Notes: generated from the letters alone by a model not told the origin. A stretch of 64,000 nucleotides of DNA from Planctomycetota bacterium (GCA_016192525.1 JACPTZ010000059.1:20287-84286); one strand, 5' to 3'. Shown: positions 26,523-37,430, counted from the stretch's first letter. Program-made: numbers and translations.

Positions 26523-28739
26523 TCAGAACATCCTCCCCACGTCCTGCACCGTCACGAAGATCACCAGCGTGAGGAGCAGAGCCAGTCCGACGTACTGCGC
26601 CACGATGAGGGCATTCTCGCTCAGCGGCTTCCCCTTCACCTTCTCGCAGGCGAGAAAGAAGACATGCCCGCCGTCGAGGAGCGGGATCGGGAACATGTTC
26701 ACGATCCCCAGGTTTACGGTGAGGAGGGCGAGGAGCTGCAGGAGCTTTGAAAGCCCCTCTTCGGCGACCTTGTACGAGATTCCGAAGATGCCGATCGGGC
26801 CCGCCAGGTTCTTCGGAGAGATCGCGCGGCTCAGGAGCTGCTCGAGCATCGCGAAGGTCTCGACGATGTTGTCCCAGGTCTTCGTCAGCCCGAACAGACA
26901 CGCCTCACCGGGACCCATCTTCACCCGGACCGACTTCAGGCGCGCCTTCCCCATGTTGAGGCCGGCGCGCGGCACCAGGATCGAGTCCGGCCGAAGCGTC
27001 GTCTGCCGGAGGGCGTCGCCCCGCTTGAACTCGACCACGATCGGACCGTACGCGCCGGTCGGGTCGACCGGAAAGAGCCCGGGACGAAGCAGGTCGTCGA
27101 GCGTGCGGAAGTCGGGCGGCTCGGAACCGAACACCCGGCCGAACCAGGCGGAGAGTCCTGTCTTCGGGGGGGGGAGGGCGCGGACCAGCACGTCGCCCGC
27201 GGTCAGCCCGGCCTTTCCGAAGGGGGTGTCGGCCGGGACGTCGGCCAGCTCCAGCGGGAATCCCGCGAAGTGGACCCCCAGTTCGGCTTCGCCGCGGAGG
27301 GTTCGACCGGGAGTCAGGGTCACCTCCACCGCTTCCTTCCCCCGCAAGAGTGAGAGTTTCACCGGCAGTCCGATCATCCTCTTGAGCCGCGAGCGAACCT
27401 CCGCGAGCGACCGGCACGGAACGCCGTCGACGGCGCTGACCACGTCCGCCTTCTCGACCCCCGCCGCCCGGGCCGGGCTTCCGCCTTTCACCGAGAAGAT
27501 GCGGGCCGGAACCACCGGCTCGAGGTCCAGACTGGACTGCGATTTCACATCGGGGGTGAGGCGGAACTTCAGCCGCTCCGCGGCCGCCGTCGGCTCCTCC
27601 GTCGAGCGACGTTCGATCTCGAATTCCACGAGTCCGTCGTCCTCTTCGTTCAGATCCAGCAGCTCATGGAGCAGGGCCCGCTTCCTCCGGGCGGCGTCGA
27701 AGCGGGCGAGAAGATCCTCCGGTCGATCCGAGGGCTCGGGCTTGACCTCCTCCACGGCGGTGAGGTCCTTGCCTTCGGTTTTCGCCCGCTCGTACAGTTC
27801 CCCGATCTCCTTCTCCCAGAGCGGGAGCCGGGCTTCCACCGCCTTCGGCGTTTCCATCTGGATCCGGGCCACCAGGACATCCCAGGTGGGGGTGGGAGCG
27901 CCGCCGACGGAGAGGATCCGGTCCCCGGCCTTCAATCCGGCCCGTTCCGCCGCGGAGCCGCCGATGACCTCGTCCACCACCGGTTCGGTCAGTCCCTTCA
28001 GACCGTAGTGTTCGGCCCCTCGGGTGATGAATTCCACCTCCCGTTCTTCGTCGCCCCGCCGCACCCTGACGCGGAGGGTCCGGTTCGGGTTGAAGACCAC
28101 CGCCCGGTGGTAGTCCTCAAGCTTCACCACCGGCTCGCCGTTCACGCTCAGAATCTCGTCGCCGACCTGGAGCTCCGAGTCCCACTCGTCCGAGTCGGCG
28201 GCGGAGATGTCGCCGATGACGGGCGCGGTGTAGGTGATTCCCAGGAGCGCCGCCGCCGTGAGAAGCGGGATGGCGATCAGAAGGTTCATCGCCGATCCGG
28301 CCGAGAAGATGGCCAGTCGGACGCCCGCCGACTGGCTCTGGAGCTCGTCGGGCGAGCCGGTATGTTCGTCGTTCACCGTCTCGCCCGCCATCTTGACGTA
28401 GCCGCCGATCGGGATCCAGGAAACGCGATACTCGGTCTGGCCCATCGCCCGGGCCCGTTCCGTGATCGTGTGAGGGTCCGTTCGCGGGATGCCCTCGCGT
28501 TCCGTCTGGGGCGCCCGTCTCGCCTCCTCCTGGAGCGTCTCGTACTCCCGGACCGCGGAGCCCCACCGGAATCCGAGGCCCGCGCGGAAGCAGCAGATCA
28601 CCGGACCCATGCCGAGGCTGAAGGCGTCCACCCGGACGCCCGCCCGCTTGGCCACCATGAAGTGGCCGAGCTCGTGCATGAAGATGATGAACGACACCCC
28701 GATGACCACCTGGAGCGTCGGGACGACCCATTCAAACAT
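26523..28739 (-). CDS. rseP: RIP metalloprotease RseP (site-2 protease, M50), unusually long with a charged insert
   Basis: MFEWVVPTLQVVIGVSFIIFMHELGHFMVAKRAGV (HExxH). Multiple PDZ-like segments (GDEILSVNGEPV, GDRILSVGG, ADVVSAVDGVPC, GDVLVRA). C-terminal LLDGGH motif. 738 aa, versus about 450 typical. The start overlaps the dxr stop by 8 nt. Confidence 0.85.
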   Translation of the reverse strand: MFEWVVPTLQVVIGVSFIIFMHELGHFMVAKRAGVRVDAFSLGMGPVICCFRAGLGFRWGSAVREYETLQEEARRAPQTEREGIPRTDPHTITERARAMGQTEYRVSWIPIGGYVKMAGETVNDEHTGSPDELQSQSAGVRLAIFSAGSAMNLLIAIPLLTAAALLGITYTAPVIGDISAADSDEWDSELQVGDEILSVNGEPVVKLEDYHRAVVFNPNRTLRVRVRRGDEEREVEFITRGAEHYGLKGLTEPVVDEVIGGSAAERAGLKAGDRILSVGGAPTPTWDVLVARIQMETPKAVEARLPLWEKEIGELYERAKTEGKDLTAVEEVKPEPSDRPEDLLARFDAARRKRALLHELLDLNEEDDGLVEFEIERRSTEEPTAAAERLKFRLTPDVKSQSSLDLEPVVPARIFSVKGGSPARAAGVEKADVVSAVDGVPCRSLAEVRSRLKRMIGLPVKLSLLRGKEAVEVTLTPGRTLRGEAELGVHFAGFPLELADVPADTPFGKAGLTAGDVLVRALPPPKTGLSAWFGRVFGSEPPDFRTLDDLLRPGLFPVDPTGAYGPIVVEFKRGDALRQTTLRPDSILVPRAGLNMGKARLKSVRVKMGPGEACLFGLTKTWDNIVETFAMLEQLLSRAISPKNLAGPIGIFGISYKVAEEGLSKLLQLLALLTVNLGIVNMFPIPLLDGGHVFFLACEKVKGKPLSENALIVAQYVGLALLLTLVIFVTVQDVGRMF

Positions 28740-29907
28740 GGATGCGGGACCTCCCTGTGCGGGCGACGGCGTCCTGGGCCTCCGTGCGCGCCCAGGCATC
28801 GACGGCGAAGATATCGTCGATCGACGGGCTCTTCCGCACCCGATGCCGGGAAAGGACGCGCGCGACGATCGAGGTGATCTCCGGGAACCGGATCCGTCCC
28901 TCGAGGAAGGCGGCCACGGCGATCTCGTTGGCGGCGTTCAGCACCGCTCCGCACGTGCCGCCGGCCCGGGCGGCCGTATCCCCGAGGTCGAGGGCGGGGA
29001 AGCGCGAACGGTCGGGCGGCTCGAAGGTGAGCGACATCGCCCGCTCGAACGTGAGGCGCGGGGCCAGCCCGGGCGACCGGTCCGGATAGGTGAGGGCGTA
29101 CTGGATCGGGATCGTCATGTCGGGGACGCCGAGCTGGGCGATGACGGAGCCGTCGAGAAACTCCACCATCGAGTGGACGACCGACTGCGGATGGATGACC
29201 ACGGAAATCCGGTCCGGGGCGAGGTCGAACAGCCAGCGCGCCTCGACGATCTCCATCGCCTTGTTCATGAGCGTGGCGGAGTCGATCGTGATCTTGGGGC
29301 CCATCTTCCAGGTCGGGTGCCGGAGCGCGGCCTCGGGGGTGAGCGACCGGAAGGCGGCCCTCGGCGTGGTGCGGAACGGACCGCCGGAGGCGGTGAGGAT
29401 GATGCGCCGGATTTCCTCGCGGCGGCCGCTGTGGAGGGACTGGAAGATGGCGCTGTGCTCGGAGTCGACGGGGAGGATCGGGACCCCGGCGGCGCGGGCC
29501 ATCGCCGTGAGGAGGGGGCCCGCCATCACGAGCGACTCCTTGTTCGCGAGGGCGATCGGCTTTCCGGCCTCGGCGGCGCCCAGACTCGCGGGGAGTCCGG
29601 CCGCGCCGGTGATGGCGACGAGGACCCAGTTGACGTCCGGATCGCGGATGACCTCCTGCAGGCCGTCGGCGCCGCAGTAGAGGCGGGTTCCGTTCAGGCC
29701 TCCGGCCCGGCGCAGCGCCAGAAACGCGCGTTCGTCGGAGAGCGCGGCCCGGGCGGGCCGGTGTTCCGCGATCTGCCGGGCCAGCCGGCGCCAGTTCGAT
29801 CCGGCGGCGAGGGCGCGGACGCGGCAGAGACTCCGGCAATGGGAAGCGACCGCGAGGGCGTTCGTTCCGACCGAACCGGTGGATCCCAGAATGGCGAGAG
29901 ACTTCAT
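28732..29907 (-). CDS. dxr: 1-deoxy-D-xylulose-5-phosphate reductoisomerase
   Basis: MKSLAILGSTGSVGTNAL…LANKESLVMAG…DSEHSAIFQ…ILTASGGPFR. Classic Dxr. Conserved dxr-rseP adjacency. Confidence 0.92.
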   Translation of the reverse strand: MKSLAILGSTGSVGTNALAVASHCRSLCRVRALAAGSNWRRLARQIAEHRPARAALSDERAFLALRRAGGLNGTRLYCGADGLQEVIRDPDVNWVLVAITGAAGLPASLGAAEAGKPIALANKESLVMAGPLLTAMARAAGVPILPVDSEHSAIFQSLHSGRREEIRRIILTASGGPFRTTPRAAFRSLTPEAALRHPTWKMGPKITIDSATLMNKAMEIVEARWLFDLAPDRISVVIHPQSVVHSMVEFLDGSVIAQLGVPDMTIPIQYALTYPDRSPGLAPRLTFERAMSLTFEPPDRSRFPALDLGDTAARAGGTCGAVLNAANEIAVAAFLEGRIRFPEITSIVARVLSRHRVRKSPSIDDIFAVDAWARTEAQDAVARTGRSRIHV

Positions 29908-30017
29908 GCGACTCCTGAGAAGATGTTATCAGCCCCCCCCCGCGGCGAACAAGCGAAAAGGCGGCCCTCCGATTGCTGTTGTCCCTCGCGCGCCGCTCCT
30001 GCTAGGATGGGCGGCCT

Positions 30018-32390
30018 ATGGCCGAGCCCCCGAATCCCCCCCCCGGACCCGACGGAGTCCCGCCGCTGCCCGGACCCCGATCCGGTCCGCGCCCCAACGC
30101 CCGCACGGCGGTCTTCTCCGACATCGAGATGCAGGCCATCGTCGCCCAGGCGATGCCGGAGATGAAGGACTTCGGACCGTACCAGATCCTCGACCGGCTC
30201 GGCGAGGGCGGAATGGGCGTCGTGTACAAGGCGCGCCAGAAAGGGCTTGGACGCGTCGTCGCCCTCAAGGTCCTCATCCCCGGAGAACACGCGTCGAGCG
30301 CCCAGGTCGACCGCTTCGTGAACGAGGCCAGGGCCTCCGCCAAACTCAACCACCCGAATATCGTCCCGGTGTACGACTTCGGGGTCCATGAGGGGCGCCA
30401 CTACTTCACCATGCAGTTCATCGAGGGAAAGACCCTCGAGCAGATGCTCGCCCGCGACCCGACCACCTACACGCGCCGTCCCCAGGAGGCCGTCCGGCTG
30501 CTCCGTCCGATCCTCGACGCCCTCGCCCACGCCCACGCCGCCGGGATCATCCACCGCGATCTGAAACCGGCGAACATCATTCTGGACTCCTCCGGCGCCC
30601 CGCTTCTCATGGACTTCGGCCTCGCCAAGGACGTCGTCGCCGGCTCGAAGCTGACCAAGACCGGCATGGCCGTCGGGACGCCGTCCTACATGCCTCCGGA
30701 GCAGGCCACCGGCAAGCAGGACCTGATCGACGCCCGATCCGACGGTTACTCCATCGGCGCGATCCTCTACGAGATGCTCACCGCCCGGCCCCCGTTCGAG
30801 GGCGCCACGCTCATGGAGACGATGGAGCGGGTGGTGCGCGACGACCCCGTCCGGCCCAGCCGCTACAATCCCGACATGCCGCGCGACCTCGAGACCATCA
30901 TCATGAAGTGTCTCGAGAAGTCGCAGGCGGCGCGGTATCCGTCCGCCCTGCTTCTGGGACAGGACCTCGACCGGTTTCTGAACGACGAGCCGATCCAGGC
31001 CCGTCCCGCCGGATCCATCGAACGGGTCGTCAAGCTCGTCAAGCGGCACCGCACGCCGGTGATCGCGGGGACGATCGGGGGCGCCGTGGCGCTCGCCGCC
31101 CTGGCGGTTCTGATCTGGAAACTGTCGGTCTGGCAGGGGGAGACCGCCGAAGAGGCGCGAAAGCAGACCGTCGCCGCCGCGCTCGACGGAGCGCAGAAAG
31201 CCCTCGTCGCCGATCATCTGCCCGACGCGATTCGCCGCTTCGAGGAGGTCCTCAAGCGGGACGGGAAGAACCGGGAAGCCACGCTCGGGCTTCAGGAGGC
31301 CCGGTCGCGGCTCGAATCCCGCAAACACGATCTCCTCTCGCGCGGCGAGGAGGCCATGCGGAAGAACCACTGGGCCGAGGCCGCGGGCTGCTTCCGCGCC
31401 GCCCTCGAACTGGTTCCCGGCGACCCGGAGATCCGGCGGCTGTACGAATTCTCCAGCCAGGAAAACACGATGGTCCTCTTCGCCGCGAATCCGGCGGGGG
31501 CGCGGATCGTCGCCTTCCCCGTCGACGGAGCCACCTTTGAAGTGGCCGGGGAGGGGACACCGGTCTCCGGGGACCGGCCGACAACCGCCGCCGTTCCGAT
31601 CAAACGTGGGCGGTACGTCCTGGAGTTCTCCGCCCCGGAATGCGCCTCCGCGCGCCTGCCGACGGACCTCGCGGAGCTGGAGCTGGCCGCCCGGGGGCGC
31701 GAAGTCCGGATCGAACTCCGGCTGCCGGACGCCGCCGCCGTGCCCGACGGGATGATCGTGATCCCCGGCGGGACTTTCATCATGGGCGGAGATGCGATGG
31801 GGGCGGACCCGGAGCGTGTCGTCTCCCTCAAGACGTTCGCCATCGACCGGGACGAGGTCACCGTCGGGAAATATGTCTCCTTTCTGAAGGCCACGGGTCA
31901 TCCGCCGCCGCCCTCCTGGGAGGGGGGCAAACCGCCCGCGGACTGGGCGGACCTTCCCATGACCGAGGTCTCGTTCTTCGACGCCCAGGCCTATGCCGAA
32001 TGGGCCGGGAAGCGGCTGCCGACCGAGGAGGAGTACGAGAAGGCGGCGCGCGGGACGGACGGGCGGCCCTACCCGTGGGGCACGGTTTTCCAGGCCGAGC
32101 GTGTGAACTCGGAATCGGAAGGCGCCACGCCGGGCGACGAAACCCCGGGGGACCTGTCCCCCTACGGCGTGCGCTCCCTCGCGGGAAATGTGTGCGAGTG
32201 GACGTCGAGCGTCTGGTCCGAGCGCGGCCGTCAGGACCTCACCACGCGTGTCGTGCGCGGGAATTCCTGGTCGCATGCCCACGTCTACGGTTCGTACCTG
32301 CTCGACCACGTCGCGCGTCGCCAGCGACAGAAGCCGGAGGAGCACGCAGTTTACCTGGGCTTCCGCTGTGCGAAGGACCTCGCGGAGTAG
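30018..32390 (+). CDS. Ser/Thr protein kinase fused to a C-terminal formylglycine-generating-enzyme (SUMF1/FGE) domain
   Basis: Kinase motifs LGEGGMGVVYKARQ, HRDLKPANIIL, DFGLAKD, GTPSYMPPE. A TM segment follows. C-terminal IPGGTFIMGG…RVVRGNSWS…LGFRCA FGE-sulfatase domain. 790 aa. Confidence 0.85.
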   Translation: MAEPPNPPPGPDGVPPLPGPRSGPRPNARTAVFSDIEMQAIVAQAMPEMKDFGPYQILDRLGEGGMGVVYKARQKGLGRVVALKVLIPGEHASSAQVDRFVNEARASAKLNHPNIVPVYDFGVHEGRHYFTMQFIEGKTLEQMLARDPTTYTRRPQEAVRLLRPILDALAHAHAAGIIHRDLKPANIILDSSGAPLLMDFGLAKDVVAGSKLTKTGMAVGTPSYMPPEQATGKQDLIDARSDGYSIGAILYEMLTARPPFEGATLMETMERVVRDDPVRPSRYNPDMPRDLETIIMKCLEKSQAARYPSALLLGQDLDRFLNDEPIQARPAGSIERVVKLVKRHRTPVIAGTIGGAVALAALAVLIWKLSVWQGETAEEARKQTVAAALDGAQKALVADHLPDAIRRFEEVLKRDGKNREATLGLQEARSRLESRKHDLLSRGEEAMRKNHWAEAAGCFRAALELVPGDPEIRRLYEFSSQENTMVLFAANPAGARIVAFPVDGATFEVAGEGTPVSGDRPTTAAVPIKRGRYVLEFSAPECASARLPTDLAELELAARGREVRIELRLPDAAAVPDGMIVIPGGTFIMGGDAMGADPERVVSLKTFAIDRDEVTVGKYVSFLKATGHPPPPSWEGGKPPADWADLPMTEVSFFDAQAYAEWAGKRLPTEEEYEKAARGTDGRPYPWGTVFQAERVNSESEGATPGDETPGDLSPYGVRSLAGNVCEWTSSVWSERGRQDLTTRVVRGNSWSHAHVYGSYLLDHVARRQRQKPEEHAVYLGFRCAKDLAE

Positions 32391-32455
32391 AGGTGGTTCT
32401 GGGTGACAGAGCGGCTGGAAGCCTCGCCCGAGAGGGCCCCGCCGCCCTCCCGCCC

Positions 32456-34165
32456 TCACTTCGGCGGCGCCACCGCTTCGATCATCTTCCGAAGCCGGTC
32501 GCACATTCTGGCGATCACATCCCCGAAGTACTTCACCCGTTCCTCGTAGGTCGGGGCGACGTTCCCGTGGACGGCGGCGGTATGCTCGCGCCAGGCCTCG
32601 GCGAGGGCCTGGGCGAGCGTGGATTCAGCGCGCTGGGCTTCGGGGAAGTGGAAGCGGAAGGTGGGGTCGGCGCCCGTGGAGGCCACCACTTTTCGAAAAT
32701 CCTCGAGACGCACCTGCCAGTCCGCCCCCCATGTCTCCCACTCCTGGAGCGTTTCCCGCCCGGCGGCCACCTCGGCTCGGTGCCGGGCCAGTTCATCCCG
32801 CAACTTTCCGGCGGTCGCCAGGTCCTCTTCGAGTCGCTTCACCAGGGTTCGACGCTCGGTAGAGAGGATCTCGAAGAGGGCGTTCAACTGCTTGCGGATT
32901 TCCCGCGCGGCCGGCGCCTGCGCACAATCCGCCTTCGGATCGATCACCGCGTCCCCCTCCGGGGGTCTGGGAACCGGGCCGGTCTCCGGGGCGCCCGGGA
33001 GCATCCTTCCGAGCGCGTTTCCGAATTCGGTGAGGGCCGAGGCCACCTGGGCCAGATCGTCCCGGAGCGCGGGGTGTGTCTGGGCGAGCGGACTCGCGGA
33101 ATATCGGGAGAAGCCCGAGGCCACCCGGGCCACCCGCGCGGCCCACCGCATGTGCCAGGGGCCCCAGGGAACTCCGTCCGGTTTTTCGCGGAGGCGGTTG
33201 GCGAACTCCACGAGGTCCCGGAACAGTCCGTCAATCTCCACGAGGTCGCGATAGAGCGCGTAGCTGTCGGTCCCCGGATCGGTGTTCAACCGTTCGAGAA
33301 TGGCCTCGGTGCGTCGGGAGGCCTCGCGGACATACTCGGCCGCCATGAGGGTGAACGGCGGATGATCTCCGGGGTTTCCGGCCGCCGCGATCGGGAGATC
33401 CCGCTTCCGGCAGATCTCCGTGGTGTACTCGAGGTAGACCAGATCGAGGAAGTCCGTGATGACCGTCAGATCGCGCACGGAGTCGGGGTAGAGCGGCGCC
33501 AGGACCGTTTCGCTTCCATGCCGCGTGTTCTGCTGTCTCGTGGCGTCCAGCGACGTCCGCCACTGGCGGGTCCAGTCCTGGAACTCGCTGAGGACGAACG
33601 GGGTCGTCTCCCCGGCCAGGTATCGCTCGTGATGTTCGTCGAGGTCCTTGTAGAGGTCCCGGATCTTCGTCACCGATTCGCGGAGGAAGCGCCGGTACTG
33701 CGCGTCCTCCAGCTCCTCCGTCTCGGGACTTCCGACGTAGCAGGAGATCTCCCACTTCGCCTCGGGGACGAATCCGGCGAGGGCGGCGCGGCGGTTCACG
33801 TACTGGAACGACGGGGCGTACTGGAGGGAGACCCGGTAGTATCCGGCGAGCAGGGTCCGCGCCACCGGACCGAGTTCCACCCGGAAGCGCCCCTTCACGA
33901 CGTCCGCCTTCCGCCACATGTCCGGGACGATTTCGCCGGCGAAGGTGAGTCCCAGGCCCAGAACGGCGTGATCCGGGAGGTTCGACCGGCCGTTCACGAC
34001 GAAACAAAACCCGTCCGGTTTCTGCCCCAGCTCGGCCGCCGCTTCACACTCGACGGGGGTGAGGTCCTGGGCGGAGAGGCGGGAAGGCGTGAGGACGGCC
34101 AGGGAGAGGGCGACCAGGATTCGGAGGCGAGCGTGCGCGGTTCCTCTCCCCCGGTGGGCGGTCAC
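32456..34165 (-). CDS. hypothetical secreted protein
   Basis: Signal peptide (…RLRILVALSLAVLTPSRLSAQ). 569 aa. Overlaps the upstream GspK-like gene end by 4 nt, implying an operon. Confidence 0.5.
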   Translation of the reverse strand: MTAHRGRGTAHARLRILVALSLAVLTPSRLSAQDLTPVECEAAAELGQKPDGFCFVVNGRSNLPDHAVLGLGLTFAGEIVPDMWRKADVVKGRFRVELGPVARTLLAGYYRVSLQYAPSFQYVNRRAALAGFVPEAKWEISCYVGSPETEELEDAQYRRFLRESVTKIRDLYKDLDEHHERYLAGETTPFVLSEFQDWTRQWRTSLDATRQQNTRHGSETVLAPLYPDSVRDLTVITDFLDLVYLEYTTEICRKRDLPIAAAGNPGDHPPFTLMAAEYVREASRRTEAILERLNTDPGTDSYALYRDLVEIDGLFRDLVEFANRLREKPDGVPWGPWHMRWAARVARVASGFSRYSASPLAQTHPALRDDLAQVASALTEFGNALGRMLPGAPETGPVPRPPEGDAVIDPKADCAQAPAAREIRKQLNALFEILSTERRTLVKRLEEDLATAGKLRDELARHRAEVAAGRETLQEWETWGADWQVRLEDFRKVVASTGADPTFRFHFPEAQRAESTLAQALAEAWREHTAAVHGNVAPTYEERVKYFGDVIARMCDRLRKMIEAVAPPK

Positions 34166-36952
34166 GGCGCGATCTCGATGCGGTAGGCGAGGAACCGGAC
34201 CGGCCCCTGATACAGGATGGTGACGTCGTCGATTACCGGCGTCACGTTGAGCGGGGTGAGACCGGCCGGGTTGACGAACTTGAAGGAGTAGTTAAGCGAC
34301 TGGTTCGCCACGAGGACCTGGGGCACCCCGAAGTTCTGCGGGGCGTTCCCGCCGTTGCCGTTCCCCGGGAGCGGGGGCGGCGGCGGGATGCCCCCGTTGT
34401 TGTTGCCTCCGCCGTTTCCGCCTCCGCCCGGCGGCGGGGGCGGCGGGGCCGGGGCATAGAGACACAGCGCTTCATCCTCCGTCAGGGGACCGAATCCGCC
34501 CCCCCCGTTGTCGTCGTCGTCGTCCTTGTCCTTCTTGGGTTTCTTCGGCTTTCCGTTTCCTCCCCCCTTATTGACCGTTCCGTTCCCCTTTCCGGGATTT
34601 CCGCCTCCCGGCAGAAGTCCGAGCGCGAGTCCCACGGGCATCGAGATCAGCGACTGGCCGTTGTAGGAGTCCGGAATCCACTCCGTCCAGGCGATCGGTC
34701 CGACGGTCACCGGATACGGCAGCGGCGGAAAGGCCCCGCGCCACTCTCCGTTGTAGACCGGGTCCAGTCCCTCGAAGCGGTCCCTCGGAAAGAAACCCAT
34801 CGCAGGGTAGGCGAGCGACGCATTGAAGACGACGACGTCGTCCATCGTCAGGTTCGGGAAGTGCGCCGACCCGTCCTGGGCGTATTCCCCGCCGAACTGG
34901 CACACCGGATCGTACGGCAGCGTTCCCGGGGTCACCCAGGTGTTTGAAGTCGGAGCGATCGTGGTGACCCAGAGCAGCTGACCGTCGACGTAGAGGCGCT
35001 GGTCGGTGCCGTCGAACCAGGAGAGGACGAGGTGGTGCCACTCATTGGACTGTCCGCGCCCGGGCAGGGTCGCCGTGATCACGGTCTTCTCGTTGGCGTA
35101 CGGGACGGGGTAGCCCTCCCGGGCGGCGAGCGGAACGTAATCGGCGGCGACGTAGAAGAGCCGGGTGCTCTCGATCCGGAGCGATCCGCCGGAGATTCCG
35201 CCCTTCAGGACGTGCTGGATTCCGGTCTGCGTCGTGAACGGGTGGGTGACGGTGAAGATCGGTTCGAGGAGCGTGCTCGGGTTGCGGTCGAACTTCACCC
35301 AGAACTCGATCGTTCCCTCGTCCGGCGGGAGATTCTGGGTGGCGGCGTAGGTGAGCGGCTCCCGTCTCAGGGAGTTGGCGTAGGAGCCGTCGGGGAAAAG
35401 ATCGCTTCCGTCGAGAATCGAGAGATTTTCGTCCTTCGATCCGCCGGGCGTCGGATTCCCGGCGGAGGCCGCGGCCGTGAACATGTCCCGCCAGGGGGCC
35501 TCGAACTGCCGCTGCGCCGTCGTCGGCAGGCTCAGGTATTGGTGGGTGAGGAGGTGGATGTACCCCGAAAACCAGGCGGAGTCCGAAGTCCCGGTGTCGG
35601 GAAACGAGCCCGGAAACGAGGCGGTGTTATCCGCGGCATCCGAGGTGCGGCCGTCCTCGAAGTCGTCCTGGGTGGTGGCGTAGAAAACGTCGTAGACCTG
35701 CACCGTCGAGGAGATCACACTCTCGGCTACGATCTCACCGCTCGCCTGGAAGACGCGCCCGAGCGAATAGATCTCGTACACCCCCATGGAGCGAAACGTG
35801 AACTCCGTGGTGGAAAAGGTGAGATCGGCCTTGTCGATGGGGAGGTTGATCACCCGCTCCGGATTGAAGGCGTGCAGGGTGGAATTCGGATTGAAGTTGG
35901 CCTTGCACACGGCGGCCTCGGCCGGCGTGAGGAGCAGGGTGGGCGCCTTGACGAGATCGTCGAAGAAGGAGTAGACCTCTTTCCAGGTCTTGAACGGCCC
36001 CTCGCCGGGGGCCGTGGACCAGCGCCGCGCCATGATCCGGTCGGCCACCTTCCCCGCCAGGGTCAGGGAGATCGGGGAAGTGGATTGCGCCTTCAGACCC
36101 GTCAGGACCGTCTGCAGGACGGCGCGCGGGGCGGTGTTGATGTTGACCGGCGCCCGGGTCTGGAGCTCCAGGTTCGGGATTCCCTCCGGGGTCGGCAGGG
36201 CCGTGGCGACGGTCGTGGTCGGATCCTCCCATCCCCAGACCGTCACGTAGTCGCGCAGGACCTCGAAGGCGTCGGCGCCGACGCTCGGTCGAAGCTCCTC
36301 CTCTGTGACGAAGCGCCCGCCCGGGGCGGCCTCGCGCGCGATGACGATCTGCGGTCCCTTTCCGTTGATCGGATTCATCGGGTTCGGAAGTCCGCGGAGC
36401 GTCATCTCCTGGAGGATCGCCTGTCCGAGGGTGTTGAGGATCTGCCCGAAATTCGCCTGCGGGCTGTTGAGATTGATCTGCCCGGCGGCGTCGACGACCT
36501 TCAGGACGACCGTGTCGCCGTTCGGGGCATGGGTTCCCGGGAGCACGGCGGAGAACGGGCGCCCGAACGAAGTCCCCGACTCGAAAGAGGGATGTACGGC
36601 GGTGGCGATCGATTGGCCCGCGCCGACTCCGGTGTTGTTGTTCGTGTGAAAGACCCACGGGTCACGCGGATCGTCCCACGCCTTGACGAGGGTCGTGGCG
36701 CGGAGGCGTGCGACGGCCTGCTCGATGCCCGACCGGGCGAGGATGGAGGCGCGGACCTGATCCACGTAGTTCTGGGAGATGTGGCGTTCGGACCGGGCGA
36801 GCGAGACGAAGGTGAAGGCGAGGAGCGAAACGAGGGCGAGGACGCCGAGGGTGATGATGAGGGCGGAGCCGGAGCGCCCGCCCGCAGCCCCGAGCAGACC
36901 TCCGAAGCGCCGCAGGCGCGAAGGAGGGCACGGCTTGGAAAGCGATCGCGCC
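34162..36952 (-). CDS. giant GspK/PilX-like minor pseudopilin with a LamG (concanavalin-A-like) domain and a G/P-rich C-terminal low-complexity region
   Basis: N-terminal RSGSALIITLGVLALVSLLAFTFVSLARSE…ARSGIEQAVARL matches the T2SS GspK N-terminal pattern. Central …NEWHHLVLSWFDGTDQRLYVDGQLL… is LamG-like. C-terminal GGGNG/PPPPP repeats. About 930 aa. Confidence 0.55.
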
Positions 36953-37179
36953 ATGGGCACATCCACGAGCGACACGCCGGGCAGGGTACACGAACCTGTG
37001 AAAGTATACCCCACGGCGCCGGTGATGGCAACAAGGAAAAAGAGAGCGCTTGCGGCGCGGTCGCCACTTGATAACATGTACCGAACCTTCGCAATTGTCA
37101 TCGGTTGAAGTGTTCACGCCGCGTTTGGGTTCTCGCTCTTGCCGATCCGGGCTACAGCGCGAAGAGAAGGAGAAGGATT

Positions 37180-37326
37180 ATGGCCAGCAATCAGCACGTG
37201 GTGCCGCGGGACGACGCCTGGGGCGTCCGCGGGGAAGGCAATCGTCGTGGTCCTCGTCGCCAGCGTGTTTGTCATGAGAGGAGCGTAGCATGGAAGAAAC
37301 TCCGCCGACGGCCGCCCCCCGCCTGA
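37180..37326 (+). pseudogene. DUF2188-like small-protein remnant (N-terminal motif only)
   Basis: Strong SD (AAGGAGAAGG) then MASNQHVVPRDDAWGVRGEGN…, matching the DUF2188 N-terminal signature (NQHVVP..DGW.V.GEGN). The remainder is not conserved, so it looks truncated or frameshifted. Confidence 0.3.
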
Positions 37327-37430
37327 TCTATCGGCTGGAGAAGAGCCTGTGGGGGCCGAGGGCGCCTCAGAAGCAGGCGGGGCAGCAGGATTCTCGAAGG
37401 CGCGAGACAATCACTGCCTGATAACCGCCT

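Noticed and set aside
26338-26901. 187-aa minus-strand ORF
   Set aside because: Overlaps the rseP 3' region in another frame. Only its last 53 codons (small TM protein 26338-26499) are plausibly real.
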